Assembly: GCA_038496445.1 (NCBI GenBank)
Contig: JALMLS010000461.1
Location: 242,769 to 306,768 of the forward strand
DNA: 64,000 bases
Source: Trichosphaerium sp. ATCC 40318
Lineage: Eukaryota > Protista > Tubulinea
Direction: 5' to 3'
Positions 12,300-24,592 of the stretch are shown here, piece by piece (the first letter of the stretch is position 1; the number at the start of each line of letters is the position of its first letter). The position numbers and the translations under genes are program-made. The notes under the pieces were generated by a model. It worked only from the letters and a program-made list of their open reading frames with translations, was not told the origin of the DNA and made no database searches.

Positions 12300-13500
12300 G
12301 CGATTTGTACCTACACAAGGAGGGCAGGTGAATGTTGTATTTGCCGTTCCAACTTGACGCTGTAGTAAGCTTCTAGCCCACTTTACAGCTAGCTATAGCT
12401 AAGGTTGGGCGTTCTTGTCTGCTTTCCAGAATTGTCTAAACTTAGTATGTGTTAGGAGAACTATTACATAGCTTTTTGTCTACGTAGCCCAAAATCACGT
12501 GACCATTCCTGTCTGCCAAATTATTTTATTTCAAAAAGCACTGTAGTTGTATTTGACATGCTTTGGTCTGCTTGCTCGCGAGCCTTTAAAGACTTGTCAT
12601 ACAGTGCCAAACGTTGTACACAAGAAGTATTTTGCGCTGGTATCGCTGTTATGCCATTGACTGTACCAAACTCACGATAGATCGATCTGCTGGTTTGATC
12701 GAACAAGCTTGCTTCGCCTCTTGAACATCTCCGCACCAACTGAACCTGTGGATGAAGTTTATGTGTGCTTCAATGTAGTATCATGAGAATCTTCTGATAC
12801 TTTTGGGCAAGCGAGATCGTATACAAAGATGATCCAGCGTAACGCCCTTCCGTTATGAATGAATAATTTGAATATTCATATACAGCCTACATTCACAAAT
12901 ATTCACGACTAAAAAAATTCATTCATTATTCATGCACAGTAAAAGGTCGAAAATTGTGCAATTTGATGGCTGATTTTGACTGGATTTGTGGCTTTTGGTG
13001 TTCTGTTGACTATTCTAATTCGGTTTTCAAATGCAACTTGAATCTATCCATTTGGAACATCGCTAGGTGCTACAAACCAAAAGCTCCTCAACATCCTGAC
13101 TCACCAAACGCCCATGAATATTCATGAATGAATAATAATGAATATGGCTTACGGGCTAATGAATATGAATATTGCTTGTATTCATAATGGAAGGGCGTTA
13201 ATCCAGCGCACCATGCAACATGTTATATGATTGTCATACTATAAACAAGAAAAACATTTGGCTTGTACAACATACCTAAATGGCCACAGATGGAGAATAA
13301 GATGACAGAACCAAAAGTTTCCCACAACTTTCTGAATCCCAATTAAATGGTCTTGCGATGGGACTTTGGTAAAGGACTCAGTTTATTGCTATTGTCAAAC
13401 AACTCATGCGTGTTGCCGTAGATGTAAACTAGTGAATAGGGCTAACCACACTCACTACACTCCCTCTACTCCTCCTTAACACTGGGTAGGTCCATAAAGT
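12300..13500 (-). pseudogene. Degenerate coding remnant, possibly a KDZ (Kyakuja/Dileera/Zisupton)-type transposase, interrupted by a MITE
   Basis: Fragments ILFSICGH, IIFVYDLAC and QNTSCVQR resemble KDZ motifs; multiple in-frame stops. Confidence 0.25.
12840..13200. mobile_element. 361-bp MITE, hAT-like
   Basis: 21-bp TIRs TAACGCCCTTCCRTTATGAAT, 8-bp TSD ATCCAGCG (12832-12839 and 13201-13208), many subterminal ATGAAT/GAATATTC repeats. Confidence 0.92.
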
Positions 13501-13958
13501 ACTTAGATTGTTTACAAGTAAGGTTTAGTTTTGGGAATTTGTTACCAGTTTTGGTGCCACCATTTTGAGTGTTACCGACAGTTGTCTGCTTTTTATGTTA
13601 GTTTCTGCAATAAATGCTGTCCAAGACTATGCTATCGATGGTTGAGACTCTCACGTTTTCGCAAAAAGGATAAATGGAGTTTTAGCTAACTTTCTGTTTC
13701 TGGTGCAGTTCTAACGAAACGTTGCGTTCTGGATGCATTTCCTCCACCCGGAAAGATGCGGCAAATAAGAGTGGTATCACTAACTTAATCGTTAATTAAC
13801 ACTTACATTCTTCCATCAAGGTGGGTGTTATTACTGTAAAAAAAAGATCGTTGACAGGTAAACCACATAGTAGAGGTTTAATAAAAATTTAATTACTTGT
13901 GCGCTAACAGCGCTAGTGAGCTTCCATTTTCTACGCCACACGCATGCGTTCTATAGCT

Positions 13959-15491
13959 ATGACTGCTAGTTACAGATTAATACTTATCTTGGGTTTATTT
14001 ATGTTTTTCATCAAATCACGTGCTATACCTACACTATGCGATAGAGTACTCCTCGTGGTACAAAGTTTAGTATTAATCACTAAGGCGGTTCGAATTAATT
14101 GTAGATAAGGCTGATATCAATAACTGCACTGCTGCTGGTGAAGGAGACGAAGTATTAATCCAACTAGTACAGGAAGCAGGTTTTAAAGCTGACGTCAGAT
14201 GTTCACTCTCTATCGAAACTTCAGAACCACAAGAATATGCTATGGTGGTAAGGTCTCGCTGTGTTCTCACCTACTATCACTCTCATACTGTTAGATTTTC
14301 TTACAGTCAGTTTTTTCTGGTAGAGTAAAACGTCTTTCACAGTCTGCCACTCCAGTGATTGTGGCTGAAGAGATTGCCTATTTTCAGTTACGCTTGGGGA
14401 ATGCATCAAAAAGTAGCCAGCTTAATCTCGAAATTGTGAATGCTTCACATCCGTTAGCGGCAAACCTTGCAACTGGTAGTCATTCTGTAGTATCAAACTG
14501 CTACGGAGAATGTTTGATTACAGCAAAAACAGGTCCAGAGGCATCTGTTGTTGCTCAAGTGGGCGGTGAGAGTGCCATTTTTGCATACGAAATGGTCAGT
14601 GGGAAACAAAAGAATATGGTTTGACAACTTTTAGGGATCAAGGCTTCTTGACAACACTACATCACCATCTTTACGTATAGGTTTATTTGCAGGAATAAAC
14701 GCGAGCATCACAGAACTTGGAAAATCTCTCATTAAAGCTTCTATTTCATACGCTTATTCAAGAAGCCTTTGCCGTACGGCATCCATTTGCCTTTTTAATT
14801 GAATCGAAACCGAAAAAAACACTCATGATAGTTTATAGCTGTTAGACAAGATGTTATCGATAGTACACGTGTAATAGACGAATCTACAAACATATATGGT
14901 ATGTTGGCCAAGTGGATACTTGGGAATTCTCATAAATGTCAGAAATTACAACACAATTAAGCTGTTGTTCGAAAGTTGTTTTTATGTTCAACCTCTACTC
15001 TGAACGTTTCTAAATTATTTTTCTTCTTGTAATCGCAAGAGTATGAATGATTAACATCTTTCATTGCTAATGAATGTATTTATAGGTGATTTAGTGATAC
15101 AACAAACCGGAACTTTAACAATTATGGCTGGTGCTGTTCTTGATGTTAGAGGATGTGTGTTCCTTAACGGCAGTCTTATCATTGATGGACATAGTGGAGA
15201 TCCTTTGCTCATATTTAAACTATCATCTCTTTGTATTGTTGATGTTTCACAAGTGGATGCCAGAACTGCAGATGGATGCGAACTCGAAATTCGTCAAGGT
15301 AGAAAGAACACTTTTTTTTTTGTATTTGTTTATTTTCTTGAGTTTTCGGAACACGTGTTGACTTTTGTGTAGATATTCAAAGTATCTTTGCTATCCTGCC
15401 ACAAACGTGTAGACAACAAAGTGGTAATATTCCGTACATTACAGTGTATGTTCTGCTATTAGTGGCTTGTAACTTTCTTGTGATGATTTAA
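13959..15491 (+). CDS. Hypothetical secreted or membrane-anchored protein, multi-exon
   Basis: Hydrophobic N-terminus, exons LEIVNASHPLAANL...AIFAYEM and GDLVIQQTGTLTI...GCVFLNGSL, hydrophobic C-terminus. Exon structure only partly resolved. Confidence 0.45.
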
Positions 15492-15791
15492 GAAACCTTT
15501 TTTTAATAATAACTGATGATTGTGGATAGTCCAGCATTTACGTTACATTCCTTAAGTGAGTGGAACGCATTTAGATATTACTTTTTGCTATTGCCTCTTT
15601 ATCTAAGGTAGACTACAATTACGTAAGGTAAATTGGTGTTAAATAAGCCAAAAACTAACTGACACATTTGTCAAAAAGTGTTAACAATCCATGATGACTG
15701 GTACAATAGTTCACTGAAGTATAGTCGATAAGAAACAGTTTACGGTCAAAACCAAAGTGTAACTAGAAAGGTAACACCTTTAGGCATAACA

Positions 15792-16767
15792 ATGGCCAAC
15801 CAAGAGGTACTAACAGATTTTACTTTAAATTATGCTGTTTAAAATAAGTACATTATACAGGGTGTCGACGTGTTTGTAGAATTACCTATTGATGATCTAT
15901 TAACGCAATTAAATCATAAACTATGGAAAACAAGGCGACAGGCTCTAGAAACCTTAAAAACAGCATTGAACGTGCCTAAACTGAAATACAATGATAAAGT
16001 AAAGACGCTGACAAAGTCCTTGGCAAGAGTACGTTAACGTCATTGTTTTGGTGTCTGACTAGTTGTACTTCTGCTCATGTACTCTTTGCAGGTTATATCG
16101 TCTGACCTTAACGTGTTTTGCGTGAGCACGTGTATTCAAGTAGTAAAATCTCTTGCAGAAGGGTTAAAACAGGACTTCTCAGTTGATTCTAAGATTGTAA
16201 TAAAACCGTTGATATTGCGATTAAAAGAGAAGAAGTCTATCATAAAGAAAGGAATATATGATACCTTTGAGGTCTTGTTAAAGTACTGTATTGATTTACA
16301 AGACGTACTGCCAGGTACAAAGAGCAATACAAAAGAAACTATACATCCATTTTTGAAGACTTAACAAGTTCTTTAGATTTGTTTTCTTCTTGTGCTTCTA
16401 GGCAACCATTTGTTCGTGCATCTAGTGTGAATATTATTAAGTGCTGTATTTTAAATACTACAGAGGATCAGGTTATTGAATCAAAGGATAAACTTGCAAC
16501 ACTTCTTTGTACAGTATGTAGTACTTTTCTATCGCTTTTTTACATTAAATATCACGTGTTACCTCTTTTTAGATGGTTGTAGATGGTGACCATAGTGTTC
16601 GCAATTGTTCACGTGATGTTCTTGCATGTCTTTATAGTATTGTAAGGCGTGTTTGCTTCTCTATCTGTTTAGGTTAATATATTTGGTTTTAGGTCGGAGA
16701 TGAATCTGAAGATTTGTTTAAAGATCTGGATGCACGAGTGGTAGATGATATCAAGAATCGTTCATGA
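15792..16767 (+). CDS. Stand-alone single TOG (XMAP215/CKAP5-type HEAT) domain protein
   Basis: Six exons giving LNHKLWKTRRQALE, SDLNVFCV, LRLKEKK, PFVRASS, DGDHSVRN; about 230 aa. Confidence 0.82.
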
Positions 16768-16955
16768 AGCATATTTATTATTATTTTTACACACTCAACA
16801 TTAATTAAAAGGATAATATCGGGCACATACGGCAAAAAGCCTGTGTATTATTAAAAATGAACAAGGAGCATTTTTATGTATTGTATCGTTTTTTGTGGTG
16901 TTGAGGTACTTTCCAAACATGTTTAGTATCAGAAAAGAAACATAATTGTACACAA

Positions 16956-17838
16956 TCAGCAATGTAGGTTGCCTAGCACTAAGACTGTATTTTTGAAAAA
17001 AGATTGGTAGAAAACCAAACACTTTTGTTATTTTACCAGCTAAGTTTATTGTACTTTCTTGTTTTTTTCTGGTACCCAAAAGAAACCCCACAAGTGTATT
17101 TCGAATGATGTAGCTCCTGCTGGTTTTATAAAACTACCAGAAACTAATCCATCAGCACCTTCAAAATCACCACTTCCCTCATACACGCTAAAAGTAATCT
17201 AAAACGAAATCAAACTAAACACATAATTTTTTTTATGACTTGAAGTACTTACACCTCCGTATTGATCTCCAGGGTTAGGACCTTCTTTTATATGGCCAAC
17301 ACCAAGTCCCTTGAGTAGTAATTCGCCTTGGTTAAAGGTTATAATACCATTTTCTTGGAACGTAGGAAACGTAAAGTTGACAAGTGAAGAAAACGTGACT
17401 AAAACACAGAACATTAAAGTAAGCATTATTCGTGGCAGTACCATTTGCACGTCCAATATTTTGTACAGAAAGAGAAACATCTTCATCTATAGTTGTCACC
17501 TTTAAAAGGGTGAGACACAAGCGCTCTGAGATTCAGAAAAAGCGAAATGGAAAACAATTGTCTGCAAAACAACTACAAACTGCAAAAAACGTACAAGTAC
17601 TTGAGCTTTCGCCAAAGCGAGGTTCTAGAGCACACATTCGTCAAACAACAACAGAATTAGAGATTATAGCGTACAGTGTCCTTTGCTACACGCTTTGATA
17701 CAAAAGAAAGAGCGAATTCGTGTTTTTGTCTCGTTTGCGCTTCTCCTTTGGTTTTTTAGTAAACACGTGTCTTGAGTACGTTAAAATCTAACCTGCGGTA
17801 AAGAAAAGTACGAAAAGGAACACCAGAGTATTATACAT
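16956..17838 (-). CDS. Hypothetical secreted protein with dirigent/allene-oxide-cyclase-like motif
   Basis: Signal-like MYNTLVFLFVLFFTA; core exons FQENGIITF...GLGVGHIKEGPNPGDQYGG|ITFSVYEGSGDFEGADGLVSGSF. 5' exons uncertain. Confidence 0.5.
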
Positions 17839-18827
17839 TGCGCTAATACGGATTTACAAAGCACAAATACGAATTCGTTTTTGGAGGGAAAAAACTTGTT
17901 CCTCTCCGCGTCATTACACTCCAAGGGAACTCAACTTTAGGCTATGTTGGGGAATAAAAAATGTCTTGTGGCTCTAGCGCAGCACCAAGCATTTGTTATC
18001 TATTATACTAAACAAGAAACTTGGAAAAATAAAAGAAAGTTTTACAGTATTTTGCAACAAATTGAAAAGGAAATTTTTGGGTGATTTCTGCTCGCCATGT
18101 TCTGTATAGGCGTTGTAGTCCTTGTTTGTATTTGATTTATGTGAGTCTTACTAAGTATGACCCAACTAGGGTTTGCATCAATTTGAGTTGTTGATTGATT
18201 AAAGTAGACTTTTCTAAAATTCATAATTTAACTCTGAAACTATTTTCGGTATTATGCAAAACAATGGGCTACTGTTCAATAGTCACTACAAATTTTGTAG
18301 CCACCTTAAGAGCATGCACACACTGGGTAGGGTAAGGGAGAATGACTGGAAGGTTTTTTGTGACAGCGGACCGTTTGGACCGTTTTTATGAACCGGTTTT
18401 TTCGTTGCAGTATGAAACCAGTCCAGACTGGTATTTCTGCCCTTTATCTACCGCTTCACATCCACAGATGAGTTCTTCGATTACATCTCTTGATCAGGTG
18501 CTAATTTACTGTTGCTCAAAGCACACAGAAGCCTTCAACACTATTACAGCAGAAAAGAAACGTAACTGATAGACCTTCTTGAAATTGTTCTGGAAGTCTC
18601 AAATACAAGTCTTGCGCGTCAAATAGATGTGGTTTTCCTCGCACTAACAGATACCGCTTCAGAAACAAGTAATAGGCGTATTGATTGCTCCAAGGAAGCC
18701 AACAAAGAGTCATTGCGCAGAAAAGAACAATGGTATGTTCTAACTCTTTATTTACATTTTTGATGTTAGCATCTAATTCTTTTGATGTAAAACAGCAAAC
18801 ACGTGGCAAAAACAAGAACCAAACATT

Positions 18828-19454
18828 TTGATGTTACCAATAGAGATAATAACATATATTCTACAATACACTGATATACCATATCAAAAAAAGCAAAGAC
18901 ACGCTATTGCTCAATCATGTTGGTTGATGGCTGCTATCATTCATGATATTGTTGGTTACAAAAAAGTCTATCTCAGCACCTTGAAGGATATTCTACAGAT
19001 TCAAAAGTACAAGGGTGTTATGAATAACAGTATGATTCGATTTAAGTTTGCTATTGATGATAGTGCTGTGAAATTACTCAAAGGTGTTCGGTTTATTAAT
19101 CTTAGTCAGTGTGAACATATAGCAGATGAAGGTGTCAAAGCACATGCAGGTGTGCATACTATTGATCTTTTGGGTACAGCAGTGGCAGATGAAGGTTTAA
19201 TAACACTTGCAGGTGTTCACACTATCTATCTTTCTCATACATCAGTTACAGACGAAGGTATTAAAGCACTCAAGGGCGTTCATGAGATACACCTTGTAAA
19301 GTGCATGGGCATAACAGATGAAGGTGTCATAGCACTTGAGGCTGTTGATTATGCTGATGTTAGAGGTACTGATGTAACACATGAATGCATGGAAGCTCTT
19401 AAAAAAGAAAGAAACATAACAACATTACATTGGTACAAGAGTCGCTTTTGGTAA
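18828..19454 (+). CDS. F-box-like plus leucine-rich-repeat protein, intronless
   Basis: MLPIEIITYILQY followed by about six 21-22 aa repeats of GVHTIDLSxTxVTDEGxKAL. Confidence 0.85.
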   Translation: MMLPIEIITYILQYTDIPYQKKQRHAIAQSCWLMAAIIHDIVGYKKVYLSTLKDILQIQKYKGVMNNSMIRFKFAIDDSAVKLLKGVRFINLSQCEHIADEGVKAHAGVHTIDLLGTAVADEGLITLAGVHTIYLSHTSVTDEGIKALKGVHEIHLVKCMGITDEGVIALEAVDYADVRGTDVTHECMEALKKERNITTLHWYKSRFW

Positions 19455-19798
19455 ACACACAATTCATATTTTGACTGTCACTGGTTCTTATCCCTTCACA
19501 AGAAATTTGAACTGTGTGCCAGATATGTACCCTCTAAATATAAACTCCTCCTTGCGATCAAGGCAAGGTTAATAAAATGTCAATACAATAATTGGCTGTC
19601 CCCGCCCTCAGGCAATGTTACCTACTACAGAGACAACCATTACAAACTGCTTGGTCATGAGAATGGAAAGGTTCAAACCCTTAACACTGAAACGTGCTCC
19701 ACTATGTGTACTTCATTGTACTTGTGTAAAGTTATAACAACTGGAGACATCTTGTAATAAACCAAAGAAGCAAAAAAAAAAAATTATTTTGGGATAAA

Positions 19799-20846
19799 TC
19801 ACATCAGAATGCAATAATAACATACTGCAGATAACACTGAATTTGGAATACAGTCAATCACTTTTTTGAAATACTTCCTTTCTACATACGCCACAGCTTT
19901 ACTATCCTCGTATGACTTATCCTTAGAATTGATACGAATAGATGGCATTCTGTTCATGTTTTTAACAAACGTGTCTTGATTTTGTGTTCCAGAAATCTTG
20001 CCTTCTTCTATTTTAAGAAACTTATTGTTTGAGAAATACCCTATTTCTTTATATCCACTTGCTGAATAAAACTCTCCAATACCATTCCTCTTTCCATTCT
20101 CAAATTGGACAATATACTTGTCGCCATTAGGCCAACACAACTCTCCAAACCCTGACATCTCACTATTGACAAAGTTGTATTTTTTACCACTCGGCCAATA
20201 ATACTCTCCATAACCATCTCTCCTCCTTCCATCCAAAAATTCGCCAGCGTATACCTCTTCGTTTACATAAAACATCTTTCCAGTGCCTGAACTCTTGCCA
20301 TCCACAAATTTGCCAACATATTTTTTATTCCTCAAATCAGAGTCTGTTGAGACAATTGCTTTTTTTAAACGAGAAGAACCAAAGGTAAATCTATTCTCAA
20401 CTGGCCAATAAAACGCTCCACTACCTGTTCTCATACCATCTAAAAAGTCACCAATGTATTTACTACCATCTCGCCAATTCAACTCTCCATGCCCTGACAT
20501 CTTACCATCCAAGAAGTCTCCATCGTATGTGCTACCATCAACCCAATACAACTTTCCACGCCCTGACATCTTACCATCTAAATAGTGGCCAATGTACATT
20601 TTAACCTTCTGTCGGTATTCTACACCTTGCTTGTACCATATTTGTATACCTTTACCATGTCTGATACCCGATAAGCTTTTTATAGTTCCTGTGTAAAAAC
20701 AACCCTCTTCAAGGATGACAAGTAGTTTTTTACCTAGCGTTCAAAGAATGAATAAAACTGCAACGCAACAAACGCGACAAATAAAACCCGACTTACGATA
20801 AATCAAAAGAGTATCATTGTCATCAGCGCATTTACTATTGTCCATT
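19799..20846 (-). CDS. MORN-repeat protein (possibly decaying)
   Basis: Repeated YxGxFxDGKxxGxGxLxWxDG. One intron at about 20734-20797. One repeat is partly deleted and the 5' end is uncertain. Confidence 0.75.
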
Positions 20847-21360
20847 GTTTAAAACGAAGACGACTTTGAATCTAAGAAAAGAAAAAAATTAGCAAAAGAA
20901 GAAAACGATGCTGCGACAAGCAAAAAAAAAGTTGAGTCTGTGTTAATATGTAGTAACAAACCCCATTAGTACCTTGAAAGTATCTAACGCGGTAATAAAA
21001 GGGTTTTCGTTAAAGGTAACGCTGAAAACTCTACAAGAGCATCAGTCATTAGGTTTTAGTCGCGCTGAGCGCCTGTAACGAAAGGGAAGTTCACAACGCT
21101 TAGGGATAAAAGTAGCCCTTGAGAATCTATGTGTATGTTCAAAAGTTACAGACGTACCGCTAATAGCACCTCAAACAAATAACCCGTTTAATTTCTGTTT
21201 GTCACGTGATTTTCTGATTTACTGGAGTTGACGGTTTCAGAAAATCGGAATACAGAACACTCTCTTTACAGACTCAATACCGGACTTTCAATCTCTTGAT
21301 GGACATGTTATAGTATTGGCTTAACTGCTACATATTCTTGCGGTAACTTTCGCTAATGGA

Positions 21361-21513
21361 AATATTGTCCGTTTCAGTCAAGTTAGTCAGCTACTTATTT
21401 AGTCAGTTATTTTTCTCCAATGGTTGTACTACAAACACGAATAAAGTGCTTCCAGACCGAACAATTACTGACAAAATACCTAGTTGACTAACTTGACTGA
21501 AACGGACAATATT
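21361..21513. mobile_element. ~150-bp MITE with ~33-bp TIRs
   Basis: AATATTGTCCGTTTCAGTCAAGTTAGTCAGCTA ... TAGTTGACTAACTTGACTGAAACGGACAATATT. TSD is TA or AT (ambiguous). Confidence 0.85.
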
Positions 21514-21670
21514 GTACGTAGCATTCAAGTTTGCTAGTCAACTTTTTGCTGTTTGCGACTTTAGGTTTTCGTGTTTAGTCTGATCTGACAGATCTTGCAA
21601 CTTCCGTTAGTTCTTACAAGATCTTGTTAATTCTTGATCTGTTAAAAACTGCAAGATTTGACTGATCCTG
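21508..21670. mobile_element. Related TE end; a second copy lies at ~23613-23700
   Basis: AATATTGTACGTAGCATTCAAGTTTGC matches AATATTGTCCGTATCATTCAAGTTTGC at 23613; both carry AGATCTTGCAA motifs. Confidence 0.55.
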
Positions 21671-22557
21671 TCACTGCTATGTATGGAAAAACAAAATCCA
21701 CGTCTACAACACATACATATTATTGAAACGCCACGTGTTAACCATTATTAAAGTAAGTACGCGGAAACATGAATGGTCTACAGTTTCTGTAGGTTGGATT
21801 GGTGCAAGTGTATGTTTTGTTTCCTTTTCACGTTAGTAAGCGATCGCTTTTGTCTATCACGTGAATGTGTCACGCGACAGGGGTACATTGCATTACAAGT
21901 CCAACTTCTCACAAGAAAGTCAGTTCAACTACAACAACATCGTCACAGGTATAAAATACGTTCGCCAAGGTTCCTTTTTTGTCCCTGACCAGATACAAAG
22001 GCCTTGTTTAACTGTGTTTTTAGGATCGCTAAATATACAGATATGCTAGACGGTTTGTATTTGATTAGCTTTCATATGGATAAAGACAGTGAACACCATA
22101 AGCTTTGTGTTCGTTATTTACAATTGATACGTTGACCATTTGTAATTTCATTGCAGAACTCAAGGGTTATTAAGTCTTCAAATCTTTTCAGATTACCATC
22201 AATAGAACTCATATCGCTTAATGTACCGCCTACAGTTTGTATGTAAACTGTACGCAATAATACATTGTACACGGAGCAGCTAATAGCCACGTAAGTTAGG
22301 ATCAATAAATCCAGTCAATTCCATGTTGTAACTTACAGGCCAATCCCAGTTTCAGCTTTCTATGCGCACTCACTCAGCACATATTCTAACACTGGGTAAA
22401 TAGCATACTTTGTAAAAACGACAGTTACTGATTTTCGGTGCGAGTCTTACACATAAATAAAATCAGTTTTAACGTTGTTCAGTGAAAAGAGTTATATTTG
22501 TTAATTAAGGCAACGATGTATATTTAATAACTATTAATAAACCATAAATAACAACAA

Positions 22558-22890
22558 ATGACTGATAAAGGTGAAGAAGATAAGAAATGGATGTATTGTG
22601 GGCCTTTTTCGTGTTCTATGTCTAAAGGATTTTATATTACTCCAAACACGACACTGAATGAGATATCTACGCTATACAAATCAAAATGGCCTTGTTTTGA
22701 TGATAATAAAATAAGAGTAACAATGGTAATCCCTCCTTCAGGCACTCATAAGGCCAGAGGAATAGCTGTAATACCAATGGCAAGCGGCATGGGCTCAAAA
22801 ACAGTATCGGAGCTCGAAATATATCCACGCACCAGCGGAGTACAATTTATCATGTCAATGAAGGATAACAAACCAAAAGATGTAAAATAA
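22558..22890 (+). CDS. Hypothetical intronless 110-aa protein
   Basis: Clean ATG-to-TAA ORF after an A-rich leader; no family recognised. Confidence 0.55.
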   Translation: MTDKGEEDKKWMYCGPFSCSMSKGFYITPNTTLNEISTLYKSKWPCFDDNKIRVTMVIPPSGTHKARGIAVIPMASGMGSKTVSELEIYPRTSGVQFIMSMKDNKPKDVK

Positions 22891-24592
22891 AGATGAAAAG
22901 AACGGGGCAGCGCTAAAACAAAATAGCGTTATTTCGGGTCAAATCCTACCAATACAGTATTGGTACTATTTTCAGAGTTGGAGCATCGTTTTGACAGTTT
23001 AACAAAACTGTCTCAATAGGCTTAGCGCTACAATACAATAGCGTTATTTCAAGTCAAATCCTTTATGATATACAACTGTTCAAGGAAGCCTAGCTTAGAT
23101 TTTCGTCAAAGGAGGCAAGCACTTTGTGACGAAAAAACTGAGATTGAAAGATGTTGTGTTTTTTTTAACACTTGTTTCGCAGAACTCTCATGTGTATACT
23201 AAGACGTGATATCTGCTTTCCCGAAATATTTGTTCAAGTTGCCGTTTTTAACTTTGAAACAAAACAGCTTGATGTATACTATACTAATTATTCTAGCATT
23301 TTTTGCTCCGAACCTTTATTGTTTCTTATAGCGATCAAGGTTCATAAAAAGCTACAAAGGTTCTAGCCTTGGCATTTTGTGTAATGCTGTTGTTACAAGG
23401 TAGGTGTTATTGGAATGAACGCTAAACACAAACTGCAATCTAGAAAAAAATAGGATTCAAGTACAACGCTTATACAAAAGACTCTAGCAAAATACTATAT
23501 TGAGGACTATGTGTATAGTGCACTAGGTGATGCAGCTTTCCCAGAAGATGAGATAAAGTATGTGTATGGCAAGGGGGACGTGTTAATCAGCTTATCCATA
23601 AAGCAAACCATTAATATTGTCCGTATCATTCAAGTTTGCGACAGGTTTGGCAGAAGTATCAAAGTGTAAGATCTTGCAAGAACTAACAAGACTATTGCAG
23701 TATTTTGCATAAGTGCGCTTGTGAATGCTACACTCACCAAAGAAGCGCCCAAAGGAGCCGAACAGGACCAAAGGTACGAATTACTTGTTATTTGTTGGCT
23801 AACGTACTACGCTGCCACACGCTAGTGCTGAGACAGTCATAGCGTCAAGGCGTATCAAAGGGTAAAAAAACCGTAAAGATTAATTCCAAAATCGATCAAA
23901 GTATCTCTGGAGGCGATATTATGGTACGTACGCCATGTAGATCCCTATAGTCCATTGGCTCCTATAACACAGATTTGAGGATAACCTATCTTAGTCACGA
24001 CGCCTGAGACCCTTGTTTAGTTCAGGTCAGGCAATAAAACTACAACCAAAAACCACAAAATTATCCATGTACATTGTAGTCATTGTGTAATTGCCTCTAT
24101 CCGTTGGTTACGCCTCTAGATTGTTGGCTAGTATGTTAAGTCGCTAACTGTCTGTAAAGTAGGGGTTGTATATCTACGTTTGGTTGTGCACGATGCGGAA
24201 AAGTCAAGTTACTCTATGCAGTTGAAAAGATGCAGGCAAGAACTGTACTTTCTCTCAACAATAAACTGCTATGTCAATCATTCACCCCATTTACGCTCCT
24301 CTAGCCCCTATCTGCGCGAATCAGAGGTTTTTTGGCTAAAGGGCTGTACCTTCGTGTACTTTGCTGCCAATCACTATCCACCTTATCTCTTTTGTCGCCC
24401 ATAGCGACTAACCTAGGCTTTTTATTTACCCAATTTTTTTTTTTTGGTGAAAAGGTCGTCACCAAGTTTGTGACAATGTTATACATCCAGACAGGAAACT
24501 AAAGTGGTTTGTTCAAACTTAGTTTTTTTTTTGTATGAGGATTTTTTTACAACTTTTTTTTACAACTCTATTTTCTTCGTTTTTTCTCTTTC

